Notes under the pieces: model-generated | What the model saw: the letters and a program-made list of their open reading frames with translations, nothing else | Told to the model about the DNA's origin: nothing | Database searches by the model: none | Position numbers and translations under genes: made by a program | In this document: in pieces, positions 61,596 to 64,000 of the stretch | Layout of the letters: every line of letters begins with the position of its first letter | How positions within the stretch are numbered: position 1 is the stretch's first letter | Origin: Adineta vaga | Taxonomy: Eukaryota > Animalia > Rotifera | NCBI GenBank assembly: GCA_021613535.1 | Contig: CP075492.1 | Span: 4,216,001 to 4,280,000 of the forward strand | Direction of reading: 5' to 3' | Length of the DNA stretch: 64,000 bases

Positions 61596-64000
61596 ATGAG
61601 TGGAACACCAAGTCTTGGTGCTTTTAATAAGGATAAAGTAGCTAATAAATTTGGTATACAGTTAAAACCCAAAGATGCACCTTCTACCAAACGACCTTCG
61701 ACATCAGCAATTGAATATAAATCAACAGCAACAACGACATCAGGATTATCTAATGTATCAAAAAATAAAACTTTCAATGATTTTCGTACAACAGAAACGA
61801 ATACAAATGGTTTTCTATCGAATACAAATCATTCTCTTGCTTTAAAACCAGTTCAAACTCAAAAACCAATTCCGGAAAAAGTTTCAACAAGTAAATCAAC
61901 TTCTAATCTGTTAAATACATCTGTTCAGAATCAACGATCAAATTCATTGACCTCAAATGTCAGTCATTCCACGAGTAAATCCAGAGAACCTTCACCTGCT
62001 CCAACAAAGCGATCAAGTATCGTCTCATCAACACCACGAGCTGTATCACCAGCACCACCGGTTAAACAATCGAATACATTATCTCCAAATACTGAAGCTC
62101 AAATTGAACGTAAAAAAGATCAACCTCTAGATCGAAGACAATTATCCAAACCATTGGACAATCATTCCTCAACGGCAAATATATCTTCAACAACAGCGTC
62201 GACCTCGACTAATTCATTGAAAAGGTAAAATATAAATTCTAAAAATAGTACATCCTTTCAATTTTTTTCTTTTGAATATCAATCTATCTTTTCGTTCGTT
62301 TTGTTTCCCTCTCTCTCTCTCTCTCTCTCTTCATATGTTTTGATGAGATTGATATGAAGTTTTTACCTTGAGTTCCAGCATGTAGAAATTACAATCTACA
62401 TGCTTGAAAATTCAATTGAGGAAAAAGGTGCGATGTTCGCTATTTTGGTCTCAACGAAGTAAAAAATAATCACAAGACGTCCATGATTACTAATCGTCAT
62501 TGAGTATATATTTCAATCACGTGTTTCGCTTTTGACGCATTCTTAAAGAATTCATTATAAGATATGCCTGTTTGTCTATCATCAAAGTACATACATAACT
62601 ATCCATCTTCTCCTCCTCGTTCTTTCTCTTTTTGTTGTTCTGTCTCTTCGAATAGTATCATGCGTTTCAGTGCACACTATTTTCATTCGATTCTTGTTTC
62701 TCTATCATCATCATCATCAACCTGTTGCGAAAAAAAGAGGGGGGAAGGAAAAAAAGAAGGAAACGAAAAAGACAATTATAACACGTCTCGACATCAAAAA
62801 GCAATGAGTTTCGTTCAATTGCTCGTCATCATTTTATACAAAAGCCTTGGCCTTGGCATACGATCTGTATACAATAATACGACCTTTCTTGGCGGGCGCT
62901 TGTCAATGCACTCTCGTGTTTAATGACTCATAGAAGAGAAAATCAATGTTGCATATGTACAAAAAAAGAACAAGACAAAAAGAGACGCGAAGGCCATAAA
63001 CAGTTCTAGACGAAAGAGAAAAAAGGTTTTTCATATTGACGAAATCAAAATTAAGTATATATATCATTCGAAAAAAATAGCTTTCTTATCTTTTAAAAAC
63101 ATCATTAATTCATTTTAATTTCAAAGGAAAAAACCTAAATTGAGAATGTAATAATATTCGATCGAATCATTTAGTTTGCTTCTTCCTTTTTTTCTCTTCT
63201 CTTTTTACTTGTTTATGTTCTGTTTTCGAAGAGAATCAGTATTATTATCGAAGAGATTCATTTTCTTTTTTTTCTCTATCCTTTCTTTCGTTCTTTTCTC
63301 CATCGATATCGGTGCATACGGTTGATTTCTCCTTCAAATAAAACGACGATTATACCTTTGTATAATGTATATGAGAGGTTGAAATTGACACATACTCCTG
63401 TATACATGTGCATTATATTACGTACGTTTTCTTTTTGATAATGTCTTATTATTATTATTGTCGCCGTCGTTGTCGTCATCGTTGATAATATTGCTCAATG
63501 TGGTGAGTTATTCGTTGTGGTTTATAATAAATTTACTGTTCTTTATTGAAATATCAACGAAGAGAAAGAAAAAGAAGAAAAAAGCCCTATAAGAATACGA
63601 ATATGTCTTCATCAACGTTCACACAACGATGGACATCCGTATATGATCTAACAACGAATAGTAATAAACCTAAAAAGTTAAATTTATTCTTTCTTCAACC
63701 ATCGTCACCTGAATCGAATGCATTTACATTTCCATTACGTCCCACACAGTCATTGATTGCACTAATAGAACCACCGTCAACAACAACAACAACAGCAAAA
63801 GCAACAACAAGAAATTCAGAATCAACATCTCATCAACTATCAGAACAAACAAAAACATCTCCCTCTCGTGTCGCGGAAATTATTCATCGATTCGAATCAC
63901 AAAATGTATCATCAATGAGTAATCAACCAAATAAAACATTACCTCCAACTCGTTCTATAATTATCAAGGAATGGAAACGAATACCTTCTCGAACTCCTCT
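61596..64000 (+). CDS. 5' part of a gene with a Ser/Thr/Pro-rich disordered N-terminus (runs off the window)
   Basis: Exon 61596-62224 ends at a GT donor. A second open frame from ATG 63603 (MSSSTFTQRW...VAEIIHRFES) stays open to the window end and may be an alternative first exon. Confidence 0.55.

Noticed and set aside
1-64000. CRISPR arrays, rRNA, or long tandem/telomeric arrays
   Set aside because: None seen. Only short microsatellites ((CT)n, (CA)n, (CTT)n, (CAA)n) are present.

Overview
AT-rich, gene-dense eukaryotic DNA with many short (about 50-60 nt) GT-AG introns. The gene content (ART-TPR, TIR and orphan GPCR families plus many foreign-looking enzymes) points to a bdelloid rotifer (Adineta/Rotaria-like); this is an inference. 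The window holds about 25 genes. Core metazoan genes: Shank, Sgf11/ATXN7L3, NF-YB, a degenerate ZIP7-like transporter, tRNA-Lys(CTT), a clan-3 CYP, an sFRP-like gene, TMEM222, a rhodopsin-type GPCR and an RBM47/A1CF-family gene. Probable horizontally acquired genes: a YHYH protein, an EEP hydrolase, a GH78 rhamnosidase pseudogene, a multicopper oxidase, an FG-GAP/VCBS protein and a membrane protein with a bacterial-type surface domain. The main discovery candidate is an NAD+/ADP-ribose-centred, immune-like island. Its core (38-53 kb) is a head-to-head pair of SAM-(KH-like)-macro-TIR paralogues, one with the TIR catalytic Glu and one without. On the + strand these are followed by an ARM-like-TIR gene and an R-S-E ADP-ribosyltransferase-TPR gene, spaced about 100-120 bp apart with poly(A) signals and orphan splice acceptors, like a trans-spliced operon. 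A secreted 6-Cys amidated peptide gene follows, and two ADP-ribosylhydrolases lie 5-11 kb away. All domain calls come from motif recognition by eye, not database searches. Exon boundaries are manual.
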